A DNA stretch of 64,000 nt from an uncultured Bacillales bacterium (GTDB taxonomy: Bacteria; Bacillota_I; Bacilli_A; RF39; UBA660): NCBI GenBank assembly GCA_946611235.1, contig CAMODE010000041.1, forward strand, positions 8,316-72,315. Reading direction: 5' to 3'. A program made the position numbers and the translations under genes. Below, piece after piece: positions 9,372 through 18,088 of the stretch (the first letter of the stretch is position 1; each line of letters starts with the position of its first letter). The notes beneath the pieces were generated by a model. It did no database searches. It saw nothing but the letters and a program-made list of their open reading frames with translations, and was not told the origin of the DNA.

Positions 9372-9476
9372 CTATTTAATAAGAGTACTACCTAGATATA
9401 CGCCAAGTATAGCACATATTAACATAATAAGTATCATATATATAATTTTTGATCTTTCATTAGTATCTTCACTCAT
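9372..9476 (-). CDS. Possible 34-aa small membrane protein
   Basis: Not in ORF track. Encodes MSEDTNERSKIIYMILIMLICAILGVYLGSTLIK. The ATG lies 3 nt after the PBP stop and the ORF is followed directly by the terminator. Confidence 0.3.
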   Translation of the reverse strand: MSEDTNERSKIIYMILIMLICAILGVYLGSTLIK

Positions 9477-9478
9477 TA

Positions 9479-11638
9479 TTACCACCTCGATTTTAACTTA
9501 ATAACGACAGGAGCATCAATAATATTACCCTCTCCAATACTCTGTTCATATACATAGCCATTACCTTCTATCGAATACTCTATATCCATTAATTTAAGAA
9601 TATTATTAACTTCCTTATAAGATAATCCAATTAAATTAGGCATAATATTACTAGATTCATTACTTTTAAGTACTACTAAATCATCTTCATAAATAGTAGT
9701 TCCCCTACTAGGATATTGTTCTATTATCTTATCACCATTGCCAAGTACTAATACTCTAATATTATTACTTTCTAAATTATTCTTAATATCATTAATATTC
9801 TTATTATAGAAAGATTCTATTACTACTTCTTCTTTATCTTTAATCCTCTCCGTAATATTCAAATACTTTGTAATATTTTGTTCTACTTCTTTAATCATTG
9901 GAGCAATATAATTAGTTGTATCTTTAGGTCTTCTGATAGCAGCATATACTATTATTTCCGGATTTTCTCCTGGAAACATACCAGAAAACGAATAAATATA
10001 ATCAGAGTCCCCTGTCATATATTTACCTTTTTTATAATCATATATTTGCGCAGTACCAGTTTTACCAATAAGATCATATCCATCCATATAATAAGCATAA
10101 CCCGTCGAATTAGTATTATCTCCATTAATTACACTTCTCATTAATTCTTTCATTTTATTAATTGTATCAAGACTAGCAACATTACCTAGTTCTTCTTTTT
10201 CTCCGGTATAAATATTCTCTTTAGTATCAGCATCTACTATTTTTTCAATAACATAAGGTTTTAACATTTCTCCATTATTAGCAATAGCCGTAAGAGCTTC
10301 AATATGTTGAATAGGAGTCGTATTAATACCCTGACCATATCCCGCTGTTGCAGCCTCTACTTGATATTTAAAATCAATATTACCATCTTCTTCTCTAGCC
10401 AGAGTAAAACCAGTACTCTTACCAAAACCATACTTTTCGTAGCAGGCCCTTAGTTCATTCTTATTAATCGTTGTTTCTACGAGGTTAGCTACTGCTATAT
10501 TAGATGATAATGCAAATCCCTTATCATAACTAATTCTCCCCCATCCCTTTTTATTCCAGTCATTAATAGTAACCGTACTATCATCTATCTCTGAAGTATA
10601 CGTCTTACTACCAGATTCATACGTATCATCACCATTATATTTACCAGAATCAATAGCACACATATAACTAAATATCTTCATCGTCGAACCTGGTTCATAA
10701 GAATACCCTACTAAAGGATCAATATATGAAGTCATATTTCTAAGATTTGGATCAAAAGATGGTGTACTAGAATAACCTAATAACTTACCAGTTTTAGCAT
10801 CCGCCACTACTAAAAGTACCCATTCAGCTTCCGATTCTTCTTGTGCTTTCTTAACCGCATTCTCCGTAAACATCTCAATATTCGAATCAATAGTTAAATA
10901 AACGTCACTACCATTTTTTGCTGGTTCAACATATTCTCTACCATTAGCTATCTTATATCCATACTTATCTTTTTCATAAGTAACAAAACCAAGTTTACCA
11001 GATAATTCATCATTATAATACTCTTCTATTCCAAGTTCTCCAGTTATACGATTAATACCATCAATATCTTTATTTACCGTATAACCAAGTATATAAGAAC
11101 CAAAGTCTCCATTAGGATAATATCTTTTAATATCTTTAATAAAATCAATTCCTTGTAAATGAAGATTATCAATTTCTTCTTTTGTAATCTCTGTTATACC
11201 TTTACCAATACTACCAAATTCTACTTGATATTTATTATTTTCTTTACCATTTTGTAATATATCTTTAATACTACCCGCTTCTACTTTTAATACTTCTGCT
11301 AATTTAGCACTAGTATCATCGATATCTTCAACATAGTTTTTATTACCTTTAGCATCGACTCTTTTTTCTGATAAGTAAGCAAGAAGAGTATAACTAGATA
11401 CATCAGTAGCTAGCACTTCCCCATTACTATCATAAATAGTTCCCCTATTAGGGACAATAACTTCTTCTTCAGTATTTCGATTCTTAATAAACAAACTAAT
11501 TGTCGAATCTCCCACTTTATAGTCCGCTAAGCATATATAACATAATCTTCCAATTAGTACAATAAATAAAAAAAAGGTAACAAAAATAACAATATTACTT
11601 ACTCGAAATCTATCGTTACTTTTATTAACCTTTTTCAT
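9479..11638 (-). CDS. Class B penicillin-binding protein (PBP2B/SpoVD-like) with C-terminal PASTA domain
   Basis: STMK, SSN and KTGTA motifs, with PASTA-like MPNLIGLSYKEVNNIL at the C-terminus. AAGGTGA RBS before ATG at 11638. dcw cluster position after ftsL. Confidence 0.9.
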   Translation of the reverse strand: MKKVNKSNDRFRVSNIVIFVTFFLFIVLIGRLCYICLADYKVGDSTISLFIKNRNTEEEVIVPNRGTIYDSNGEVLATDVSSYTLLAYLSEKRVDAKGNKNYVEDIDDTSAKLAEVLKVEAGSIKDILQNGKENNKYQVEFGSIGKGITEITKEEIDNLHLQGIDFIKDIKRYYPNGDFGSYILGYTVNKDIDGINRITGELGIEEYYNDELSGKLGFVTYEKDKYGYKIANGREYVEPAKNGSDVYLTIDSNIEMFTENAVKKAQEESEAEWVLLVVADAKTGKLLGYSSTPSFDPNLRNMTSYIDPLVGYSYEPGSTMKIFSYMCAIDSGKYNGDDTYESGSKTYTSEIDDSTVTINDWNKKGWGRISYDKGFALSSNIAVANLVETTINKNELRACYEKYGFGKSTGFTLAREEDGNIDFKYQVEAATAGYGQGINTTPIQHIEALTAIANNGEMLKPYVIEKIVDADTKENIYTGEKEELGNVASLDTINKMKELMRSVINGDNTNSTGYAYYMDGYDLIGKTGTAQIYDYKKGKYMTGDSDYIYSFSGMFPGENPEIIVYAAIRRPKDTTNYIAPMIKEVEQNITKYLNITERIKDKEEVVIESFYNKNINDIKNNLESNNIRVLVLGNGDKIIEQYPSRGTTIYEDDLVVLKSNESSNIMPNLIGLSYKEVNNILKLMDIEYSIEGNGYVYEQSIGEGNIIDAPVVIKLKSRW

Positions 11639-11648
11639 AACAATCACC

Positions 11649-11936
11649 TTATTCTACTGTCAATATATTTTCATTATTATATGATAAACCTAAATTTCTA
11701 CTTACAATTTGTATATTCTCTAAAGAAGCCATTTCATTTATTTTCATAACTAAACTTTCATTAGTATTTTCTTGTACTTCAACCTTTTCATTCATCTTTT
11801 GAAGTTCAATATTCATCTTAGATACTGTTGCACTAGTAAAGACAATGCCTACAAGTAGCAGTATCATCATAAAAATACTACTCTTACATATAAATCTTTC
11901 TAATTTCGTAAGCCCCTTCTTTTTCTTTTTTTTCAT
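11649..11936 (-). CDS. ftsL: Cell division protein FtsL
   Basis: 95 aa with a basic N-terminus, a single TM and a coiled-coil. Located between rsmH and the PBP gene. Confidence 0.75.
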   Translation of the reverse strand: MKKKKKKGLTKLERFICKSSIFMMILLLVGIVFTSATVSKMNIELQKMNEKVEVQENTNESLVMKINEMASLENIQIVSRNLGLSYNNENILTVE

Positions 11937-11940
11937 ATTA

Positions 11941-12879
11941 TCATTCCTTTATTCTCTCAATAACTCTAAGTCTTGAAGACCTAGCCCTATTATTCTCTTC
12001 TAGTTCTTCTTTACTAGGAGTAATATTAGCAATAAGTTTATATTTAGGTTCCAATTCTTCTGGTATAAATGGTAATCTAGATAGACTACTATCTACCTTT
12101 GAGTACTTATTAAATATATCTTTTACGATTCTATCTTCTAACGAATGGAAAGTAATAACCGATATTCTTCCTCCTACTTTAAGCATTGATATAGCATCTT
12201 CTAATGCTATCTTAAGAACCTCAAGTTCATTATTAACTTCAATTCTAATAGCTTGAAAAGTCTTTCTTGCTGGATGACTCTCCTTCATAGCCTTAAATGG
12301 CATACTCATTTTTATTACTTCTACTAACTCTAAAGTAGTTTTAATAGGTTTAATACTTCTTTCTTTAATAATATTCTTTGCAATACTAGAAGCATATTTT
12401 TCTTCGCCATAGTCTCTTAATACTCTAACTAATTCTTCATAAGAATACTCATTAACAACATTATAAGCTGAAAAATCTTTACTCCTATCCATTCTCATAT
12501 CAAGAGGAGCATCATTATGATAACTAAAACCTCTTTCTGCTATATCTAGTTGTGGTGATGATACACCTAAATCAAAGACAATACCATCTATTTCACTAAT
12601 ATTTCTTTTATTAAGTTCTTCTTTTAGATTAGCAAAATTAGACTTAATTATTTCATAATTATCACTAATTTCACTTAGTTTCTTTTCACTATACTCAATT
12701 GCCATATCATCTTGATCAAAGGCGAAAAGAAAGCCCCTTTTTATTCTTTTCAAAATTAAACCACTATGTCCCCCAAAGCCAAGTGTAGCATCAACATATA
12801 TACCATCTATTTTAATATCAAGATTATCAATTGCTTCGTTTAAAAGTACTGTCTTATGCATCAATATCAAATCCTTCAA
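11941..12879 (-). CDS. rsmH: 16S rRNA (cytosine1402-N4)-methyltransferase
   Basis: HKTVLLNEAI, DATLGFGGHS, DLGVSSPQLD and FHSLEDRIVK motifs. Confidence 0.93.
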   Translation of the reverse strand: MKDLILMHKTVLLNEAIDNLDIKIDGIYVDATLGFGGHSGLILKRIKRGFLFAFDQDDMAIEYSEKKLSEISDNYEIIKSNFANLKEELNKRNISEIDGIVFDLGVSSPQLDIAERGFSYHNDAPLDMRMDRSKDFSAYNVVNEYSYEELVRVLRDYGEEKYASSIAKNIIKERSIKPIKTTLELVEVIKMSMPFKAMKESHPARKTFQAIRIEVNNELEVLKIALEDAISMLKVGGRISVITFHSLEDRIVKDIFNKYSKVDSSLSRLPFIPEELEPKYKLIANITPSKEELEENNRARSSRLRVIERIKE

Positions 12880-13294
12880 ACAAGTTTTCCGCTACCCCTT
12901 CAATAGCAGAAGTATTTTCTTCGATTAGTGCGTCAAACTTATCACTTGCCCACACCTCTAGGCGATCATTAACCCCAATAATCGTACATTCTTTTTGAAT
13001 ACTCGCATAGTTAATAAGATTTGATGGTATATTAATTCTACCTTGCTTATCAAATTCACATACAGTAGCGCTAGATAAAAAGAATCTATTAAAAGTTCGT
13101 GCATCTTTTTTAGTAAATGGAAGTGTTTGTAATTTAGAGACAATCTTTTCCCACTGCGATTTAGAATAGATAAATAAACATCCATCTAATCCACGAGTAA
13201 CAATAAACTCACTACCAATTTCATCTCTAAATTTAGAAGGTATAATTAATCTTCCCTTTTCATCAATATTATGATGATATTCTCCAATTAACAT
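12854..13294 (-). CDS. mraZ: Transcriptional regulator MraZ
   Basis: MLIGEYHHNIDEKGRLIIPSKFR plus a second DKQGRINIP half-domain. Start at the internal Met (the ORF track extends to 13306). Confidence 0.92.
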   Translation of the reverse strand: MLIGEYHHNIDEKGRLIIPSKFRDEIGSEFIVTRGLDGCLFIYSKSQWEKIVSKLQTLPFTKKDARTFNRFFLSSATVCEFDKQGRINIPSNLINYASIQKECTIIGVNDRLEVWASDKFDALIEENTSAIEGVAENLFEGFDIDA

Positions 13295-13300
13295 ACTATC

Positions 13301-13327
13301 CCCCACTTTCTCCCACTTAGTGCCACT
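13301..13327 (-). promoter_or_regulatory. MraZ operator: three AGTGG(G) direct repeats at 10-bp spacing
   Basis: Minus strand reads AGTGGcactaAGTGGGagaaAGTGGGG. CCACT occurs at 13303, 13313 and 13323 on the plus strand. A TATAAT box lies just upstream (13333-13338). Confidence 0.65.
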
Positions 13328-13413
13328 CTATGATTATATTCTACTATAAAAGATTTACTTTGTAAATATCTTTTCATTAATTTGACAAAATAAATGTCAA
13401 TAAAAAAAGAAGA

Positions 13414-13644
13414 TTAATTATTCTTCTTTCTATATACCAATTTTAAAGTATGACCATCTTTCTCATACTGTTCAGATACCTCTTTTCGTATCTCGGCACG
13501 TATATCTCTATATCCCATACTACGTAATGTTTGTCCAGATTTTCTTGAACAACCAACTACATCTGGTAACTCATCAAAATTGCAAAAATAACCTTCCCCT
13601 ATAAAATGATGGTCATAATTATCGTAATCATCCAAATATTTCAT
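13414..13644 (-). CDS. Hypothetical 76-aa protein
   Basis: ORF only; no motif recognised. Confidence 0.45.
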   Translation of the reverse strand: MKYLDDYDNYDHHFIGEGYFCNFDELPDVVGCSRKSGQTLRSMGYRDIRAEIRKEVSEQYEKDGHTLKLVYRKKNN

Positions 13645-13718
13645 ATATATCTTCCTCTCTCTTCTATATATATTTTATTATATAAATATTCTTTTGTAAA
13701 TAACATTATTCATTATAC

Positions 13719-14993
13719 TTATTCTTCTTTTCTTTTAATTTTAGTTTTATTCTTATTAATAATATTATCAAATAATCCAGTAATAAAATGATATTTACCA
13801 TAATTAAGATTATTCTTAATAGTCTCTATTACTCTTTCATCTTTAGTAAGTTCATAATAGGCTTCTATTAAGATCGATTTAATAGTATTTTCAAAGTCTT
13901 TATTGTCGTTTTTAGAAACTTCCATATCAGTATATTCAAGCACCTCATTTATAAAATAGAATACTATATCTTCAGCAAAAGAATAATCTTCATCTAGAGT
14001 ATCTTCTTTTATATTGCCACCCATAAATAAATAATCTGAAATACTTTCTTTACGATATAGTAAATCCATTACATACATAAGGCCATATTTTGCAACAGTA
14101 AGGCTATCATATATACTATCATATTCTTTTTTATTAACTTTTCTATCAATAATATCAATGACTCTTTTGTAATATCTTTGCTTTGATATTTCTTCTGTTT
14201 TATCTTTTTTTTCAATATTTGAAGATAAATATTTAGCAAAAGCAAGTTCTCTGTTAGTATCAACAATGAATAAAGCTCTAAGAAAAGGGTTGCTTTGTAA
14301 ATCATTATTTATTTTCCTACTCTTTATTTTAAGTTTTAATAATTTAAGAGCATCACAGCTAAGTGAATCTGCCTTATTCATAAAAAGATGACATAGGTCT
14401 TTATACTCGCGAATAGAGCAGTTTTCTTTTAAATAATAAGTAAGAAGATTTCTTTTAAAAATATTTATCTTTAAATTAGATAATATTTTTTCACTAGATA
14501 TATTCTCTTTTGAGAGTTCTTGTTTGGCAAGTTCCTCATAATCATCCTCAATATTTTCTTCTAAACTCATTATATTATCATATAATTCTTCATTAACATT
14601 AATTCCAATTATTTTAAAAATTGCTGTTTTTCTATTTTTAACAAATTCATTTACCTGTTCTATTATATATTCAAAGTATTGAATTACTTCACTATTAATC
14701 AAGTCATCCAATTTATCCATTTCAATATTAGGATTTAAAATAATAAAATTCTCAAACTGAAAAATATCATTAGAATATTTATTAATCATTGCATTTAATT
14801 CATAACTAAACGTTTCATAATCTCTATCTTCACTTAGATCTTTTCCTTCTAATAGTACCTCTTCTTGTTCTTCAGGTAATTCCGCTAGAAACTCACTAAT
14901 TACTTTTGATAATTGTTCTAACGATATTATAGTTTTCTTTTCTCTTTCTTTTAATAATTTCATTAATATTAATGTTATATATGATATAGGCAT
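13719..14993 (-). CDS. Hypothetical acidic 424-aa protein
   Basis: Long ORF, Glu/Asp/Lys-rich and probably helical; no motif recognised. Confidence 0.55.
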   Translation of the reverse strand: MPISYITLILMKLLKEREKKTIISLEQLSKVISEFLAELPEEQEEVLLEGKDLSEDRDYETFSYELNAMINKYSNDIFQFENFIILNPNIEMDKLDDLINSEVIQYFEYIIEQVNEFVKNRKTAIFKIIGINVNEELYDNIMSLEENIEDDYEELAKQELSKENISSEKILSNLKINIFKRNLLTYYLKENCSIREYKDLCHLFMNKADSLSCDALKLLKLKIKSRKINNDLQSNPFLRALFIVDTNRELAFAKYLSSNIEKKDKTEEISKQRYYKRVIDIIDRKVNKKEYDSIYDSLTVAKYGLMYVMDLLYRKESISDYLFMGGNIKEDTLDEDYSFAEDIVFYFINEVLEYTDMEVSKNDNKDFENTIKSILIEAYYELTKDERVIETIKNNLNYGKYHFITGLFDNIINKNKTKIKRKEE

Positions 14994-15063
14994 AATCCAT
15001 CTCCTCTAATGATATATATAATATCATAATTAAAACTCAATATCAAGAAAAAAACATATATTT

Positions 15064-17100
15064 CTATATGTCTTTCTCATAATCACAACTAGTACATTTA
15101 ATCTTATCTTTCTTTTTAGTAAGAATGCCATTGCAGTTAGGGCAAGATTCTTCTATTGGTTCATCCCAAGTAGCAAAGTCACATTTAGGATAATTACTAC
15201 ATCCATAAAAGATTTTACCCCTCTTTGTCTTTCTTTCAATTATTTTACCATCACATTTAGGACAAGGCATTATTTCTTTTACTTCTTTTTTCTCCGTAGG
15301 TTTAATATACTTACATTCTGGATAATTTGAGCAGGCAACAAACTTACCATATTTACTTTGTTTTACTACTAAAGGATTACCACAGTTAGGACAAGATTCT
15401 CCTGTCTCTTCTGGTGCTTTCTTTTCCATTTCACTAAAGGCTACTTTTACTTTAGGTTCAAAATCTTTATAGAATAGTTCAAGTAATTTATTCCATTCTA
15501 AATCACCATCTGCTATCTTGTCAAGATCATCTTCCATCTTCTTCGTATATTCAACATTAATAATATCTTTAAAGAACTCTTGTAATTTATCCGTCGTTTC
15601 TATTCCAATCTCTGTAGGTACAAATTTCTTCTCTACTAGTTTTACATAGGCTCTCTCTATTATCGTTTCAATCGTTTTAGCATATGTTGAAGGCCTTCCT
15701 ATTCCTAATTCTTCCATTTCTTTAATTAGTTTACTTTCTGTATATCTACTAGGAGGTTTAGTTGTATGCATAGTATAATCAATATTATTAGATACAATTA
15801 TATTACTTTTATAAGTAGAAAAATCAGGAAGAATTTTATCTTCAGAATCCTCATACATACTATATACTTTTAAGTATCCATCAAAGATAAGTATTTGACC
15901 AGTAGTCTTAAACTGATAATTATTATTATCTAGTATTACAGTTGTAGCTTCTACTTTAGCATCTTTCATTAATGATGCTAAAGCTCTATAATAAATAATT
16001 CGATATAATTTATATTCATCATTCGTTAAATACTCTTTAATTTTTTCCGGTTCTCTATTAATCGAAGTTGGTCTAATAGCTTCATGAGCATCTTGAACAT
16101 TTTCTGTTTTATTACTTGTTTTAACATAACCGACATACTCACTACCATAGTTTTCTTTAATATAACCATATGTACTTTTAATAAACTCATCAGAAAGTCT
16201 TACTGAGTCCGTTCTCATATATGATATAAGACCTACTGTCTCTGTACCAATATTAATACCTTCATATAACTTTTGAGCTATGCTCATTGTTTTCTTCGAA
16301 CTAAAGCCTAACTTACTAGAAGCTTCCTGCTGAAGAGTACTTGTTGTAAAAGGTGCTTTACTTTTCTTAGCTTTTTCTTTCTTATCAACACTTTCTATTT
16401 TAAAAGCATTAGATAGTTTACTAAGTATATCTTTAGCTTCATTTTCTTTTTTTATTTCTATTTTTTTATGATTATAAGTATCTAATTTAGCATCAAAGTC
16501 ATTAAAATGAGCATCTATTTCATAATACTCTTCTGGTATAAAAGCCTCTATTTCTCTTTCTCTATCGACAATTAGTTTTAAAGCAACACTTTGTACTCTA
16601 CCCGCAGACTTACCACCGGTTTTGGATTGCATAAGTTTACTAAGTCTAAAACCAATTATTCTATCAAGTATTCTTCTTGTTTCTTGCGACTTAACTAAAT
16701 TATCATCAATCATTCTTGCCTTATCAAAAGAATTAAGTACTGCATTTTTTGTTATTTCATTAAATACTATTCTTTTATAATTATTATCATTAAGTCCTAA
16801 TGTATCATATAAATGCCAACTAATAGCTTCTCCCTCCCTATCGGGGTCGGTAGCTAAATATACAAAACTAGCATTCTTAACATCATTTTTTAATTCTTTA
16901 ACTAATTTATTCTTACCTTTAATAATTTTATAATCAGGTTTAAATCCATTATCAATATCTACTCCAAAGCCAAATTTTCCCGAAGTAGATAAATCTCTTA
17001 TATGTCCAACCGAAGAAACTACTTTGTAGTCACTTCCTAAATATTTTTCAATTGTCTTACTTTTATGTGGTGACTCCACGATAACTAATTTTTTATTCAT
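15064..17100 (-). CDS. topA: DNA topoisomerase I
   Basis: TOPRIM VIVESPHKSKTI and DPDREGE, the active-site region YMRTDS, and C-terminal CxxC zinc ribbons. GAAAGGAAGG RBS before ATG at 17100. Confidence 0.95.
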   Translation of the reverse strand: MNKKLVIVESPHKSKTIEKYLGSDYKVVSSVGHIRDLSTSGKFGFGVDIDNGFKPDYKIIKGKNKLVKELKNDVKNASFVYLATDPDREGEAISWHLYDTLGLNDNNYKRIVFNEITKNAVLNSFDKARMIDDNLVKSQETRRILDRIIGFRLSKLMQSKTGGKSAGRVQSVALKLIVDREREIEAFIPEEYYEIDAHFNDFDAKLDTYNHKKIEIKKENEAKDILSKLSNAFKIESVDKKEKAKKSKAPFTTSTLQQEASSKLGFSSKKTMSIAQKLYEGINIGTETVGLISYMRTDSVRLSDEFIKSTYGYIKENYGSEYVGYVKTSNKTENVQDAHEAIRPTSINREPEKIKEYLTNDEYKLYRIIYYRALASLMKDAKVEATTVILDNNNYQFKTTGQILIFDGYLKVYSMYEDSEDKILPDFSTYKSNIIVSNNIDYTMHTTKPPSRYTESKLIKEMEELGIGRPSTYAKTIETIIERAYVKLVEKKFVPTEIGIETTDKLQEFFKDIINVEYTKKMEDDLDKIADGDLEWNKLLELFYKDFEPKVKVAFSEMEKKAPEETGESCPNCGNPLVVKQSKYGKFVACSNYPECKYIKPTEKKEVKEIMPCPKCDGKIIERKTKRGKIFYGCSNYPKCDFATWDEPIEESCPNCNGILTKKKDKIKCTSCDYEKDI

Positions 17101-17263
17101 AGAATCCTTCCTTTCTCTCTGTAACATTATATACTATATTTATTCTAAAATGCAAGCATTTTTTTAGGAAATTAAAAATAGCCCTCATAAAGAGAGCTAA
17201 ATATATATTAAACATAAGCATTAACTTATGACATTATATATTATGCAGGCAATCAATAAATGT

Positions 17264-17293
17264 TCCAAAAAAAGAAAGACTATCCAAGTCTTT
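17264..17293 (-). terminator. Rho-independent terminator after the yqeY-like gene
   Basis: Minus strand reads GAAAGACT-TGGAT-AGTCTTTC followed by TTTTTTT. The hairpin includes the stop codon. Confidence 0.7.
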
Positions 17294-17723
17294 CCTTAAT
17301 TAATTTACTAACTAGAGACATATCTGCTCTTCCTTTTACTAAAGGAGTAACGCTTTTCATAATAACTCCCATATCTTTCTGACTAGTCGGCTTTACTTCG
17401 TCAAATACTTTATCTAGTATCTTATTTAATTCTTCATCAGATAAAGCTTCAGGCATATAAGAAGATAATATTTCTACTTCCTTCTTATTCTGTTCTACTA
17501 AGTCTTCTCTACCAGCTTTTTCAAACTGTTCAATAGCCTCTTTACGCATTTTTATTTGCTTAGACAAAACATTAATAACATCATCATCGGTAAGTTCTTC
17601 TCTAGGACTTTTCTTAGCAAGTTGCATAGCACCTTTAACCATTCTAATTACTCCTAGTTTAAAAGCATCTTTATTTTTCATTGCTTCTTTTAAATCATTA
17701 TTAATTTTTTCTGATAATGTCAT
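17280..17723 (-). CDS. GatB/YqeY domain protein
   Basis: MTLSEKINNDLKEAMKNKD...GVIRMVKGA resembles YqeY. Conserved position next to rpsU. Confidence 0.85.
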   Translation of the reverse strand: MTLSEKINNDLKEAMKNKDAFKLGVIRMVKGAMQLAKKSPREELTDDDVINVLSKQIKMRKEAIEQFEKAGREDLVEQNKKEVEILSSYMPEALSDEELNKILDKVFDEVKPTSQKDMGVIMKSVTPLVKGRADMSLVSKLIKERLG

Positions 17724-17735
17724 AAAATCACCTTC

Positions 17736-17948
17736 TTAGTAATTATTTTTTCTAGCATTTCTTCTAGAATTAATAGTATTTTTTTTCTTTTCTTCTTTAA
17801 GTCTTACTCCTGGTTTCTTATAACCTTCAGCTCTTTCTTTAGCTTTAGAGAGATTCCCGTTACGTGCTACTTGATTTTTAAATTTTCTTAAAGCAAATTC
17901 AACATCATTATTTCTAACACTAACAGTTACTTTAGTTCCTGCAGACAT
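17736..17948 (-). CDS. rpsU: 30S ribosomal protein S21
   Basis: Contains VSVRNNDVEFALRKFKNQVARNG. GGAGGG RBS before the internal ATG at 17948 (the ORF track extends to 17999). Confidence 0.9.
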   Translation of the reverse strand: MSAGTKVTVSVRNNDVEFALRKFKNQVARNGNLSKAKERAEGYKKPGVRLKEEKKKNTINSRRNARKNNY

Positions 17949-18088
17949 TCTATCCCTCCTTCCGCTTTTTCCAACATCGATTATAACATTATTTGACATA
18001 TTTTACAATAAGTTTTTACCTATTTTATTTCATATTTTGTTAAAAAAGATGTTTTTCTTCCATTTTTTATTAAGAAAAAGAAGAAATC

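Noticed and set aside
9878-10144. 88-aa plus-strand ORF inside the PBP gene
   Set aside because: Antisense to a PBP with SxxK/SxN/KTG motifs and no independent support.
12958-13185. 75-aa minus-strand ORF in an alternative frame of mraZ
   Set aside because: Fully nested in mraZ in another frame. The MraZ frame has the conserved motifs.
14069-14305. 78-aa nested ORF in the 424-aa hypothetical gene
   Set aside because: Same-strand alternative frame with no RBS. The longer frame is the more parsimonious call.
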